Position numbers and translations under genes: made by a program. From Salpingoeca rosetta (lineage: Eukaryota; Protista; Choanoflagellata), in assembly GCA_033442325.1 (NCBI GenBank), contig JAWQFM010000024.1, positions 202,403 through 266,402 on the forward strand: a DNA stretch of 64,000 nucleotides, given 5' to 3'. Below the pieces are notes generated by a model. It was given only the letters and a program-made list of their open reading frames with translations, made no database searches and was not told where the DNA came from. Each line of letters opens with the position of its first letter. Within the stretch, counting starts at the first letter, position 1. Of this stretch, positions 1 through 37,405 are shown in pieces.

Positions 1-2
<2 letters not shown>

Positions 3-76
<74 letters not shown>
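3..76. repeat. (GA)n microsatellite
   Basis: Uninterrupted GA dinucleotide run at the window start. Confidence 0.95.
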
Positions 77-78
<2 letters not shown>

Positions 79-156
79 TGCTGGCACAGAGGCTGTGGGA
101 CGCAGAGTGCCTGTCTTGCTTGTGCGTGTGGTCTTGAGCCAAAAAAAGCAAGCATC

Positions 157-206
157 TCCCCTGCGGGGAATCGAACCCCGATCTTTGAGGTGAAAGCTCA
201 ATATCC
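157..206 (-). pseudogene. 5'-truncated tRNA-Glu(TTC) copy
   Basis: Near-identical to the anticodon arm, T arm and 3' acceptor strand of the tRNA at 345-418. It lacks the 5' acceptor strand and most of the D arm. The downstream flank (ttgtgcgtgtggtcttgagcc + A run) is also duplicated. Confidence 0.8.
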
Positions 207-344
207 ACTGCACCAGCACTGCGTGAGGTTGTGAGTGGAAGCGAGTGTAGACTGCGAGCGAGCGAGAGCACGACTGGCAGCTCGTTCGCAGAGGAACGCA
301 GAGTGCTTGTGCGTGTGGTCTTGAGCCAAAAAAAAAGAGAAGAC

Positions 345-418
345 CTCCCCTGCGGGGAATCGAACCCCGGTCTTTGAGGTGAAAGCTCAATATCCTAAGA
401 CCACTGGACTACAGGGGA
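345..418 (-). tRNA. tRNA-Glu (anticodon TTC)
   Basis: Reverse complement folds as TCCCCTG-TA-GTCC AGTGGTCTTA GGAT-A-TTGAG CTTTCAC CTCAA-AGAC-CGGGG TTCGATT CCCCG-CAGGGGA-G. A T9 run (Pol III terminator) lies at 328-336. Confidence 0.95.
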
Positions 419-590
419 CCCATGGAAGATTGCGCCGATTTTGGCTATACAAATAACTTGAGCACATTAATGATGAGCTTCTTGGGTTTGTTGCTTGCAC
501 TCCACAAGCCATTCTCTCCTAGACTGTACGCATTGCAGCAGACACACATCGCAACTGCTTCTTCTCCAACACTAAGCACAGGAGGCAGGG

Positions 591-7147
<6,557 letters not shown>

Positions 7148-7364
7148 GCCTGTCGACTGGTGGCCTGCATGCGTGCTTGTTGACACGGTGCATGCTCTGT
7201 AGTTGGTGTTGGACGGAGGTTGAAAGCGAACATAAACAGCAGAACTCAAATGCAAGTGATGTCATGTCACGTCAAAGCTGTGGTCACACAAAGCAACTCA
7301 AAGCCTGCCACTGACCATCGCCTTCCGTCCTGAACTTCCAGCTTTGCACTCTTCGTCCGCTGCC

Positions 7365-8247
<883 letters not shown>

Positions 8248-8700
8248 TATGCGTGTGTGTGTGTGTTGTGTGTGTGTGTGTGTGTGTGTGCATGTGCGTA
8301 CAACCACTGTGTGTTCCTAACTTGCTCGGGCTTCCCAGCGCACTCCTGTGTTTGCCTTGAACTCGCATCCCTGCATCCCCGCTGACGTGTTCTCACTTGC
8401 CTGCCCCCACACCCGGTCAACCCCGAGATCACAGCTTCATCATCTACACTGTTACATGTTTGCTACTGCACCTTTCATCATCTATTGCAGGAGGAACGCG
8501 TTGAGACCTCAATCAAATGCAATACAAGGCCATGATATCAGCTACGCAAAGCAAAGTAACAGTAAAGCAAGTAAGCAAGCACGTCCAATACAGCGTGCAC
8601 TCTCACACACAGCAGCAAGCAGTAGCCCCAGTCAAGTCACTCTCTCACTCACGCACACTGTTAACAACAACAGATTCTCCTCATGTAACTTAATACCATG

Positions 8701-8743
<43 letters not shown>

Positions 8744-8767
8744 CATCGAGACACAAACACAGACGTG

Positions 8768-13649
<4,882 letters not shown>

Positions 13650-13937
13650 ATCCACAGGCGCAGCTGGATGTTGGAGGAACCCTTCACACTGAAGTCAGTT
13701 TCATGAACAGTAGCGACGATTGGCAATGTTTTCCAATAAATGTGCACGGCCGTTGTCTGGCGCACAGACGAACGAACGACAAGATGCAACACACACACCC
13801 ACACGATGAGTTCGTTTATGCAGAGATGGCATCCAAGCAAGCAAAGGCAGGTTGTGTTTCCACAGGCAAGCAGGCAAGCAGGCAAGCAAGGGATGAGGAA
13901 AAAAGGGGTAAAGGGCAAGAGAAAGAGAACACGGGAG

Positions 13938-14050
13938 GAAGAAGAAGAAGAAGAAGAAGAAGAAGAAGAAGAAGAAGAAGAAGAAGAAGAAGAAGAAGAA
14001 GAAGAAGAAGAAGAAGAAGAAGAAGAAGAAGAAGAAGAAGAAGAAGAAGA
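13938..14050. repeat. (GAA)n trinucleotide repeat, intergenic
   Basis: About 37 perfect GAA units between the MAP2K stop and the LRR-kinase start. Confidence 0.95.
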
Positions 14051-14196
14051 GAGCAAGGGAAATTGGAAAGCAAAGGATAACAAGCAAGGCAGCCTGCGAA
14101 TAACAAACAGGCAATCAAGCGAGCAAAAGCGAGCAAGCAAAGGGAAAGGTGGTGGGGGAGGGAGGAAGTGGGGGGGGGGGTTGAGTAGAATCAGTG

Positions 14197-17897
<3,701 letters not shown>

Positions 17898-18023
17898 CGC
17901 CGTCTTTCAGCGTTTGTTTTTTTTTTTCCTCCATCCAACCCGAACAAAACTGGCTGCAGCACGGGTTGTTTTGGTTTGTCGAGCACAACTTCCCACCACA
18001 GCACCAACACGCCACCCACGACC

Positions 18024-19439
18024 ATGACGATGATGATGCGTGCTGGCTCGAGCGGGTGCAGCCGCGTCCGCAGCCGCAGCCGCACACCGACGGCGTCGAC
18101 GATGTTCTCTCTGCGGCGCAGCTTGTACACGCTGCTGGTGGTTGTGTTGTTGGGGGTGTCGCTTTTGGGCCAGAACGCACACGCACAGGTGACTGGCGAT
18201 GACGATGGTGTTGAGCCGCCACCAGAATGCGACGATCTGACGGTCAAGGAGGCGGTGCGCGTCGGCGCCTGGGTTGGTGCAGCGATCGGCGCTGGCTTCT
18301 TCGCCGCGTTCCTCTTGGCCGCCGTTTTGTTCACGTGCCCCTGCTCTGGGCCTTTCCTCGAGTTCACCTGCACCTTGGTTGGCTGCGAGTGCTGCCCGAC
18401 GTCGTGCTGCGCCGATGCCAGTGACTCGAGCCGCAGCGGTGACCACCACGCACTGCCCACTGCGCCCAACGAGCTCGGTGGCGACGGCACTTATCCCGAC
18501 GGGTCAAGCCACAAGGCAAGCGTGTCGTCGCAGCCCAATGGCCGCGCCCTCAGCACGTCGCTGCTGCACGCGTCCTACATTGATCCCGAGGCAGACAGCG
18601 TGGTGCTGGTGGAACCGCCCGGTGCGGAGGACGACGGCAGCGCCGGCGAGTTTGGTGCCTTTCTCACCCTCGTCGAGTTCCTCGACGCCATCCCGGAGTC
18701 GATGGTGCTGGCAGAGGCCGTGGCGCGCGGCCAGATCCAGTTTGCGCTCATCGTCTCCATTGTCGTGCTCAACTTCTCCACGGGGTTTGCCATGTTCTCG
18801 GACCTGATCCGCTCCAACACGTCAAACATCCACGGCGACAACCGCGTGTACCAGCTGCTCTTCGTGTCCGCCACGCTTGCCGCAGGCATGCTCGTCTTCT
18901 CCGTGAGCGACGAGGTGTACACCAACTTCACGGAGCACGAGGGCGACCAGCGGTTCCTCAGTCTCGGCCTCTTGATTGCCGGCACCATCGTCGGCGCTGC
19001 CTTGGTGCTGGGCCTGATGTGGCTCAGCTCAGCACAGGCTGCGGCAACGCTCAAGGACAAGCTGTGGCAGTTCTTTGCCTGCTGCTCCGTCACCGCCCTC
19101 ACGTCCGGCAGCAGCTGGATCACGATTGTTCGCGAGGGGCGGGTGGTGAAGTCGCTGCTGCTGGTGATCGCCCTCACCGTCTGGCTCATCATCCTCACCA
19201 CCATTGGCGTGCTCATCTTTCGTCGAAACTCCGTGGAAAAGGACTTTATCGAGGGGTTCTCCGGGGGAGCGTTCATCATCACCATTGGTGGCACCCTGTT
19301 GCCGGAGGCGCAACACGCCGCCCACAAGACACACTGGTCGTCCACGCAGAAACAGATTATCGCCGCGTCCTCCTTCCTCGTGGGTCTTATTCTCGCAGTC
19401 ATTCTGAAGCTTCTGGAGGACGAGGAGCCAGACTGCTAG
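18024..19439 (+). CDS. Intronless multi-pass membrane protein, divergent ZIP (ZupT/GufA-like) metal-transporter family
   Basis: Single ORF with signal peptide and about 8 hydrophobic segments. FLDAIPESMVLA and EGFSGGAFIITIGGTLLPEA resemble the LDGIPES and FAAGAIL..L..TMIPEA motifs of bacterial-type ZIPs. Start Met uncertain. Confidence 0.6.
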   Translation: MTMMMRAGSSGCSRVRSRSRTPTASTMFSLRRSLYTLLVVVLLGVSLLGQNAHAQVTGDDDGVEPPPECDDLTVKEAVRVGAWVGAAIGAGFFAAFLLAAVLFTCPCSGPFLEFTCTLVGCECCPTSCCADASDSSRSGDHHALPTAPNELGGDGTYPDGSSHKASVSSQPNGRALSTSLLHASYIDPEADSVVLVEPPGAEDDGSAGEFGAFLTLVEFLDAIPESMVLAEAVARGQIQFALIVSIVVLNFSTGFAMFSDLIRSNTSNIHGDNRVYQLLFVSATLAAGMLVFSVSDEVYTNFTEHEGDQRFLSLGLLIAGTIVGAALVLGLMWLSSAQAAATLKDKLWQFFACCSVTALTSGSSWITIVREGRVVKSLLLVIALTVWLIILTTIGVLIFRRNSVEKDFIEGFSGGAFIITIGGTLLPEAQHAAHKTHWSSTQKQIIAASSFLVGLILAVILKLLEDEEPDC

Positions 19440-19527
19440 CTGCCTGCCATTACCGTCACCCGTGAAGCACCGCTTGCTGTTTGATCTGATATATCGATAC
19501 GTGGACGCTGTTGACATGTGATGTGCA

Positions 19528-19576
<49 letters not shown>

Positions 19577-19621
19577 ATTTGTGTGTGTGTGTGTGCATTT
19601 GCGCGCTCGTGTGTGTGTGCA

Positions 19622-19670
<49 letters not shown>

Positions 19671-20014
19671 ATTTGCGCGCGCGTGTGTGTGCATTTGTGT
19701 CCAAGCACACCAGCCTTGCCCCCTCCCTCTGTGCGCTTCGTGTGTGTATGCACTTCTTCCTTTCATGACCTCCGTTATCATGTCTTCTCATTGCCCGCGT
19801 TACAACCCATGCTGTTGTTTCTCTGCTTCTCGCCCAGCCATTGACGGCGGGCATTGCGCACTTCTGTTCATTGCACGAATTACAATCTGACTGAAATGCA
19901 ACTGTTGACACTCGCACCGATTGCACACGCAAACATCACTCCTCGCTCCCAAACGTTCAATACGATGACACAATTCGTCTCCCCCCCCCCACGCACGCAA
20001 TGAAACCTCGCCGC

Positions 20015-20994
20015 CTAATCTTTCTTCACACCGTCATCCTTGTCACTATCACCATCATCACCATCATCACCGTCGTCGTTGTCATCGTCACCATCACCAC
20101 CATTGCGGCGCGTGCACGCTGCGTCGAGGTGCACATTGATCATTGCCCGCAGTTTCCGCAGGTAAAAGTCGCGGTAGTCGCCCTCCATCGCCTCCATCGC
20201 CTTCAGCGCCGCGTCCACCTTCGCCATTGCTCGACACGCCTCAGGCAGGTCCTGCCGTCAGCAAGAGCGGGAAGCGTGGTGGTGATGTGATGTGATTTGA
20301 CATGGTGTGGTGTGAGCGTCAGACGCACGTGGGTGCACACGCAGGAGTGTGGATGGTCATACAAACAACGCAGTGCCAGCAGACAAACACAACACCATGT
20401 TCCAGCACTGCAACCAACTTACACAGCCACGATTCCCCCAAAACGATGTACATTCAACCACCCCCACCACCACTACCTCCGCACCTTGTTGCCGTAAAGG
20501 TCTTTGCGCTGGTAGCGCTCTGCCGGGAGATGGCGGAAAAACGCGTTGATGGACACACACGGCGTCAGCGCACGCACGTTGTGGAACCACATGGCTGTGC
20601 GCATGTTAAGTGGATGTGGGTGGGGATGGAGCGCAAGCAGTGCCACATGTGAGCGAGTGGATGAGGACACGCCCAGCAACGCGTGGTGTGATGTGAAGTG
20701 AATACCAACGCATGCACACGTGAAAAAACAAAAACAAAAAGCAAGAAAAAGAAAACACAAAACACCAAACACAGGCCAGATTACCAGCACCACAATCACG
20801 ACCACGACCACCATCGTCATAACCATCGGCGTCACCTGGCATGAAGAGGGCGTCGCCCGGCTCAAGGACGACTTCAATGGCATGATGCAATGCAGTGCGG
20901 AATCGGGGAAAGGCGGAATAGTCCGGACACTCCACATCAACAACAGCAGAGGTGGACCCCTGCACATACAGGTTGTCAACCTGTCGTGCGTGTG

Positions 20995-21027
<33 letters not shown>

Positions 21028-21436
21028 GCATGGGAGGAAGGAGGCAGGGACGATGGATAAACACTGCGTTTGCTGGCGATGGGCACGCATGTACGCATAG
21101 ACAAATAAACAAGCAGATAAGCAAGCACGCACGCACGCAAGCACGCAAGCAAGCAAACAAGCAAAAGAGCAAGCAAGCAAACAAACAAACAAGCAAACAC
21201 ATACGCACCTGCGACGGAGGAAAGAGGAGAACGCGTTTCCTGCCGACAATGTTGAACAGCACATTGTCCATGATGTCGTAATGCGTCCACAGCTGAACAC
21301 CGGCTGAGCTCAAGCGCAACGCGGTGCTAAACTTCGCGTCACCCAGGATCTGCAATCACAGGGGCAGGCGCCATGGGATCGAGGGTGGTGGTGATGAGGA
21401 CGGCGGATGTGTTGGGACTGCAAGTGTCTCAAATCC

Positions 21437-21492
<56 letters not shown>

Positions 21493-22071
21493 CCTCTGGA
21501 GGAAAGCATGGTGGGAGTTCAAACTGTTGGAAGAGCTGCGGATGTGTCACTGAAATGTCGGCCACGTCTTTGCGGAAGTTTTTGCCCATAGACCGAAGAT
21601 ACAGCAGCCTGGTCACCGGCGGAGACGCGCGTGTGGGCGGTGTGTGTGTGTGTGTGTGCGTGTGTGTGCGTGCGTGTGAACGTGTGACCGTGAGAAGCAA
21701 CAAAGGGCGATGCACAAAGAAGATTCTCATCAACTGAATGCATACTCTCCGTTCATATCGTACACACGTGCAATCTAGACACACGCATCACTCACACAAG
21801 CAGCAGCAACAACGACAACCCACTCTTTTGGCTTCGACGGCGATGATGAGGATGAAGAAGAGTTGAAGACGCGCTGGATCAGATCAGGCATCGACATCAC
21901 CTCAAACCTGACACGGGCGCACGGGTAGAAACAACGAAATGGTAGCAATATGTGTGTGTGTGCGTGTGTTAGGATGTATGGGGGTTGATAAGCAGTCCGG
22001 AACGCACACAGTTGCACTCGCAGCCATGGACGTGTCAAACAAGCAAAATCAGAACACACACAGGCACACTC

Positions 22072-22131
<60 letters not shown>

Positions 22132-23197
22132 CTGAGACAGCAACAACAACAACTGAGACAGCAACAACAACGCATACATGCACGCCCACCTGAAGTTCCG
22201 GGTGAGAAAGTTGAGGTGCGAGTGTGTGGTGACGTGTGCTGATGCTTCCATACCGCCACATGCGGCAGCGAGCGCTTCAGGCGTCCACTCAGAGGCGGCG
22301 CCAAAGGTGCAGGTGGGGAAGAGGGCAGGGAGGCGCCGGCCGACAATGCCGCGTTTGAATTGCGCGGCACTTACGCGCAGGGGATCGAAGCCTTGAGCAT
22401 GAATTGAAGGGTTGGACGTGGGCAGGAGGGAAGGGTGGCGGTGTTGGAGAGAGACAGGGGGGGGGGGAGGAGACATCACATGCGTGATGTTAGCAAGCAC
22501 CGCACTCGGCGAAACCTCAACACCTTGCACGACAGACAAACACACGCGCCAAACGCACGCACAGACACGAACACAGACAAACAGACACACAGACACACAG
22601 ACACACACACACACACACACTCTCTCTCTCTCTCTTTCTCTCTCTCTCCCTCTCAGACCTTGGACAAAGTGGCGCGATGGGTGGAAAGACGAAGGACTGG
22701 TGGAGAAGATGTCCGAGAGGCGGAACCGCAAAACGCGGCGATCAAAATGCGTTCCAAACGAGAAGCAGTTACCCCCGCCCATCACAATGACCAGCTCGCC
22801 ATCAGCCGTGCAGTGCAGCGTGTGGTTGAGCATCAAGCTCTGCTGGTACCACCACGCATGCTGCTGCTGCTGCTGTTGAGATGATGGCGGCGATGATGGT
22901 GGCGACAGCGACATCGGTGCACTGGTGATGATAGCCGGTGCTGTGTACTGCCATGTCCGGGCTGAGGGGCGGATGATCAGGATGCGCTCGTGGGGTTTGA
23001 GCGGCGCTGGTCCGCACCCGCCCGCGACGACGATGCATTGCCAAGCCGCACACCACGCCATCTTGGGTGGTGGAGACAGGTGGAGGTGTTCGAAGGGGAA
23101 GGGGGTGTGAGTGTGAGCTTGGATGGAGCAACAACAGCAACACCAAACGATAATATGTGTGTTTGATTCTGCGACCACCCCCCCCCCCAACACACGG

Positions 23198-23270
<73 letters not shown>

Positions 23271-24591
23271 CACACACACGGAACACACACACACACACAC
23301 ACACACGCACGCACGCACGCACACACGCACGCACGCACACACACACACACGGAACACAAAAGCGCATGCCACCTTGTGACCGAATCTGGGCGGTAGCGGC
23401 GGGTCAAACTCGATTTCCTCGCTGGTGATCTTCAATGGCGACGCGTCACCAACAGCACCATCATTATCATCATCGTCATCATCAGTTACGATGGTTGTGG
23501 TCAAGAAAACAAACGAGCTGAGGGCAGTCTCCTTTGCATCTGCTTGTGGTCGAGTCGAAGGCAGTTATGTGGTGGGTGGCGAATGTGATGAGAGAAGACC
23601 AATACGCGGACAGCCCGAGACAACACGCAACAGCAATGTACACACAGGCACACACACACACACAGACACACACACACACGTACACACGCACATACACACA
23701 CATATACGCACCGAGGCCACCGTACACGGCGACAGCGCTGCTGCCGGCATTGCTCTCGATCGTGCACGCGGCATGGGCAAACCGGTTCACGTGCTGGACG
23801 TCGTGCCGCCGCCACACAAACCCGCCCACGTCCTCCACTGATCCTGTCGCAGTGGCAGTTGCGCTGGTGCCGGGCACGGGCGGTGCTTCTCGCTGCTGCT
23901 GCTGCTGCTGCTGCTTGGTTGACTTGGGTGTCGCACAGCTGTCGTGTTCATCGCCACCAGCATTCCCACCACTGCCACCGCCACTGCTGAGGTGCGCCGG
24001 GTCCAGATGCGGCACAAGCAACTCGTACACGTCGTGCAGAACACCGTCCGCAGTCCGCCCGCCGAGAACAAGCAGGCGATGCGGTGCCACGCTCACCATG
24101 GCATGACGCCACACGGGTGGCGGCGATGATGATGATGATGGCGATGATGATGGTGACACACGACCGGGCAGCCACACGAGCGATGACGGCGAGGAAGGCG
24201 ATGGGATGCGTGCAATGTGGATGTCATTGAGCGGGCGAACGGGGGAGGAGCGACCGCCAAAGAGGACGAGGTGCGACGCGTTGCAGACGCACATCTGCGC
24301 ATGCACGCGCGCGGGCGGTGTGACGCCACTACACGACGAAGAAGAAGAAGAAGACGACGAAGAAGACGATGACGATGGTGATGAGAGGGGCGTGACGGTG
24401 TGGCCTTGGATGACCGCTGTTGTGTTGAGGCGGCGGTGGGCGCAGTTGCCGATGCTGTTGGAAGATGATGGCGACAGCGGTGATGAGCCAACGGTGGAAG
24501 TCACACAACGAAGTCGCAAGTCGTTCACACAGACACACACACACACGAACACACAGACACACACAGACACACAGGCACACAGATACACAGG

Positions 24592-24622
<31 letters not shown>

Positions 24623-25549
24623 GCGCGCGCGAGCACACACACACACACACACACACTCTCTCTCTCTCTCTCCCTGCCATTGGCGCGTGTGCTGACCCGC
24701 CAAAGACGAAGATGGTGCCCGCGTGTTCGGCGCTGCAGTGCGAATAGCGCGAGGTGTCATCTGCCGGGACAGGCAGCGCAGGTGGCGGCGATGGTGGTGA
24801 TGATGATGGTGGTGCTGGTGGCGGTGTAGTGATGGTGATTGGGCAGCGGGTGACGTATGATGGCTCAAGTGGTGGTCCATTCAAGTGCTCAGTGCAGAAC
24901 GCCTATGTTTGGGATGCACATGTGTGACGGGGCGAGAAGAAGGCGCGAATGTTGGCCGCACGCATGCACACGCGTGAACTTGCATTGAAACACAAGACGT
25001 GCACAGGAAACACGAAAGAGATGCATACACATATGTATACAGCATGTGACACGCACACATACAGACACAGACACAGAGACACACGGACACAGAGAGACGC
25101 AAACACACTGACACGCACATCAACGCATGAACACACTGACACGCACATTAACGCACAATCATACACACACCGCACGACCCACCCTTGGGATGTCTGCGAA
25201 CGCGCCCTTGCCGGCGATGGAGATGGTATAGTGATGTGCCTTCTCGTGCCACTCCTCAAATTCGTCAAACGGCTCAATGGCAGCAACACGCGCGCGCTCC
25301 GTGCTTGCAAGCATTGTGTTGTAGAATGCCCACATGGTTGGGGCGACGGCATGGGTCCACCCCAGCCTCTGCAGGCGTTCAACTTGTGCTGTCGGCGTTG
25401 GAAACGCGTTTACGCAGCGCAGTGGCGATCCTGATGATGGCGATGGAAGAATGAAGAACACACAGACACGTGATGTAATGAAATGCCATGTGGTATGTGG
25501 TTTCCATGAGATTCGAATGCGCGGGTGGAAAAGCGAGGAGAACATTGCG

Positions 25550-25592
<43 letters not shown>

Positions 25593-26040
25593 TGCACATG
25601 CGCAATAGCGTGTGGGCTGACCGATATTTGAGAAGTGGCGCTGCATGACGGTGCCAAAGGCATCGTGTGGAAACACCTGCTCATAGTCGGCAATGACGCT
25701 GTCCACAAAGAAGGATGCAGCCCACCGCAGCAGCTGATTCGAACACACGGTGCAGGCGGTATTGGGGTTGGTGTGAGGACGTGGTGTTGTGTGCGTGTGT
25801 GTGCATGTGTGTGGGAGTGTGTGTGCGTGTGCGCGCATGTGTGTGAGTGTGTATGCGTGTGTGTGCGAAGGGAGGCTTGTCAGCACACGCTTGCATTGAC
25901 CTTCAAGCAATGTAAAGGTCAACGGCCGCCACATTGACACAAACGCAGATACATACGAGAGACACACAGACAAACACACAGACAAACACACAGACAAACA
26001 CACAGACAAACACACAGACAAACACACACACACACACATA

Positions 26041-26101
<61 letters not shown>

Positions 26102-27352
26102 CGGGTCGCTGTGTTTTGGCGGGACATATGTGAGGACGCATTCCGAGACGATGACGCAGGGCACATCGCGTTTGAGGCCGGCAGCCAGCAGCCGCTGCTC
26201 AACCAGATGCAGGTCTCGGAGATCAACACCGACCAGCCGGTACGACTGCAGCAGCAGGCCATTGCCCCACAGCTCTTCGGGTGTCAGTGCGGATGCAAGT
26301 GGTGCCGTTGTCGTGGCGGCCTTCACATTGCCCTCTGCTGCTGACGGCTGCGTTTGCTGGCCTGCACCTTTACCATTTCCAGCGGTAGCATGGGCAGCAT
26401 AAGCCGCTTTCTTTGCCTTGTGACGCTGTAGAGTGTGGCGGAGTGCTGCTGTGGCGTCGTCGCCTGGCATGTATGGCTCATGGTCGGGGCTGACGTCCTT
26501 CAAGTGGTCTGTCATCTCCAACAGCAGCATCTTGTTCCTGACAACGTCAGGCAGGTCAACCTCAAAGTACGTGGTGCCTGGCGGCAGCTGGCCCTGTGCA
26601 CGCAGCCGGAAGTATGCCATATCAAAGCCAGCGCCAAGCGCTAGGATTTGCAGCGGCCGTTCACGGTTGTGCTTTGCCAGCGCGAAACTCAGAAACGTGT
26701 CCAGCGCCTTGGCTCTGATGTGCGCGCGAAAGTTGGGCGGGGAGGAGGAAATGGGAGTGTGAGGCAGGTGGTAACGGGTGGCAGGTGGAATGTGTAAGTT
26801 GTGTTGCGGCGCAGGCGAGGCGACTGTCCGCAATGATCGGGCGCACGCATCAGAGGATGCACCATAAGACGCGTCACAGGGCGCACCGGAGGGCGCAAAC
26901 TCTCGCACACCACGTACAGCACACACGATCGCACACAGTAGACAGCGCACGCATGTGCATGCTTGGTACCTGATGTAGTAGCCACGGTTGATGATGGGCG
27001 CACGGCGAGCTGGCTTCTTCACAAGGGAGAGAAGCTGTGGGTCCTCCACATACCCAAGCGCAGCGGTGCTGCACTTTGACTGGAATGCCGCATCATTCGT
27101 GCCTTCAACCTGTGTGCATGCACGAGCGAGCATGAGCATGAGCAGGGGCAAAGTGGAAGACAGAGGGACGGAATGAGCGAGGGAAGAGAGAGAGAGTGTG
27201 TGTGTGTGTGTGACAGAAAGAGTTCAACACACACGACACTCATCACTCAACACACGACACATCACATCACATCACTCAACACAACCCACAACACAACCCC
27301 CACAACTCACGGCACGTGTGTTCCTGCCAGTCTTCTGCTTGTTGCCACCCAT
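20015..27352 (-). CDS. TYW4: tRNA wybutosine enzyme fusion: LCM methyltransferase (TYW4/PPM2) + Kelch repeats + JmjC hydroxylase (TYW5-like)
   Basis: [48 protein letters not shown]; Kelch [16 protein letters not shown]; Jmj[22 protein letters not shown]|AMWFHNV, KDLYGNK. Confidence 0.88.
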
Positions 27353-27432
27353 CGTCCCGTCTGCAGAATTAGGATGGAAATCATTCACAAATGTTCAACA
27401 ACGGCTACAAAACAAGCCAGCCAGTGACAGAC

Positions 27433-35884
<8,452 letters not shown>

Positions 35885-36411
35885 TTGTCACGTACGCACT
35901 TGCACACATGCTCTCCCTTCATTGGTGATGTGCCCATGATGGCGATGACACTGTTGCTTCCGTCCCGACTGTGCAACCCGCACATGCACTGTTCACTCAG
36001 TTCATCCTTCTTTTGTTGGTGTTGTTTGTCATTTCTTGCCCGCGTTCATCACCGCTTCTTGTGTTTCGACAAGTGCCGTGCCAGATTCCACTTGCTTTGG
36101 TACTGCTCCTCACTTGTTCGTGCGTCGCTGTGTTTCATGTTACAGTCCATGCCACATTGCCCCACACCCAACATATCCACACCATTGGCTTCTTTCCCAC
36201 GCTGCCACACTGCAGTTGCGTTTTCTTCTTCTGTGTTGTGAGAGCTGTTTGTCTGAAGGTTGAGGGTGCGGCTTTTCATTGTGTTGGACCCAAGCAAACA
36301 ATACTGAAGCTGATCACAACCACAAACGGCAGCAGCACCGCACCAACTGCCGCCAATCACCCACGGCAAGTGGACCGTTGAGGGAATGTACAAGGACAAG
36401 AGTATTGCACC

Positions 36412-36457
<46 letters not shown>

Positions 36458-36563
36458 GTGGAGGCGGCAGGTTGTCACTGTCACCATCATGACTACAGCA
36501 GCTGAGCGTGCCGTGCCACCCAAATTCGAAAACCACATCAAGTATCACTGCCTCTGCTAGCAT

Positions 36564-37281
36564 TCACGCCGTTGATTGTTGGTTCGCGTGCGCTGCTCGC
36601 AGCTGGGCCTGGAATTCCTTGTATTGCTCGTCTGTGACACCACTTGGGAGTGGCTGCCTCTGAAGTCGCGCCAGGTGGTTCTTTCCAATCACCTCATCCA
36701 CAGCATACTGCAGCATATTGCGTGGGACAGAAGTCACCGCAAACACCTGCAGCGGCCAGTGTCAAGCAGAAAGAAACCCCGCAGAACACGCAGCATGGCA
36801 ATGAGCATGTCAATTCAACACGCGCGTGTATGGTGTGTGTGTGCATGCGAATGTGTGCATGTGAGTGTGTGTGTGAGTGTGTATATGTGTGTGAGTGTAC
36901 ACGCGTGTGTGTGTGACGCGCACAAGTGAAAGAGGAACGCAAGTACGCTCACGTGCAACCGCACACACACATGCACACATTCGCATGCACACACATGCAC
37001 ACATTCGCACGCACGCACGCACACACACACATTTGCATGCACACGGAGTCCGCACTGCGCACCTCTTGGAGTGTGTTGTCGCGCTTGGCTCTGAGTCTGT
37101 ATCCGTGCGTTGACTCCCCGACGACGCGAATGTCAAACTGACGCGCCACGCGTATCGACCGCTGCATGGGGTGCACAACCATCCTCGTCACAAGCGGAGG
37201 GTTTGCCTCACACAGCAGCCGCAGGGCATGGGCGACACCCTTCACATACGACGGCTTTTGGCACACAATGCGAGACGCCAT
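36564..37281 (-). CDS. Small DUF2103-like protein, 2 exons
   Basis: MASRIVCQKPSYVKGVAHALRLL...FDIRVVGESTHGYRLRAKRDNTLQE|VFAVTS resembles, from memory, the DUF2103 pattern (..STHI.GL...L.VSV....G.KL.AR.G...QEVF.VT). Clean GT-AG intron. Confidence 0.6.
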
Positions 37282-37405
37282 GACTGCTGGTCTGTCTGTC
37301 TTGCTCTTCTCGTGCTGGTGTGATTGTAGAAATGTTGTTGGTGGTATTGTCAATTATCAGCAGATCGCGGAAGCGAGTGAACGAACACTGCTGGCTGGGT
37401 GGAGG

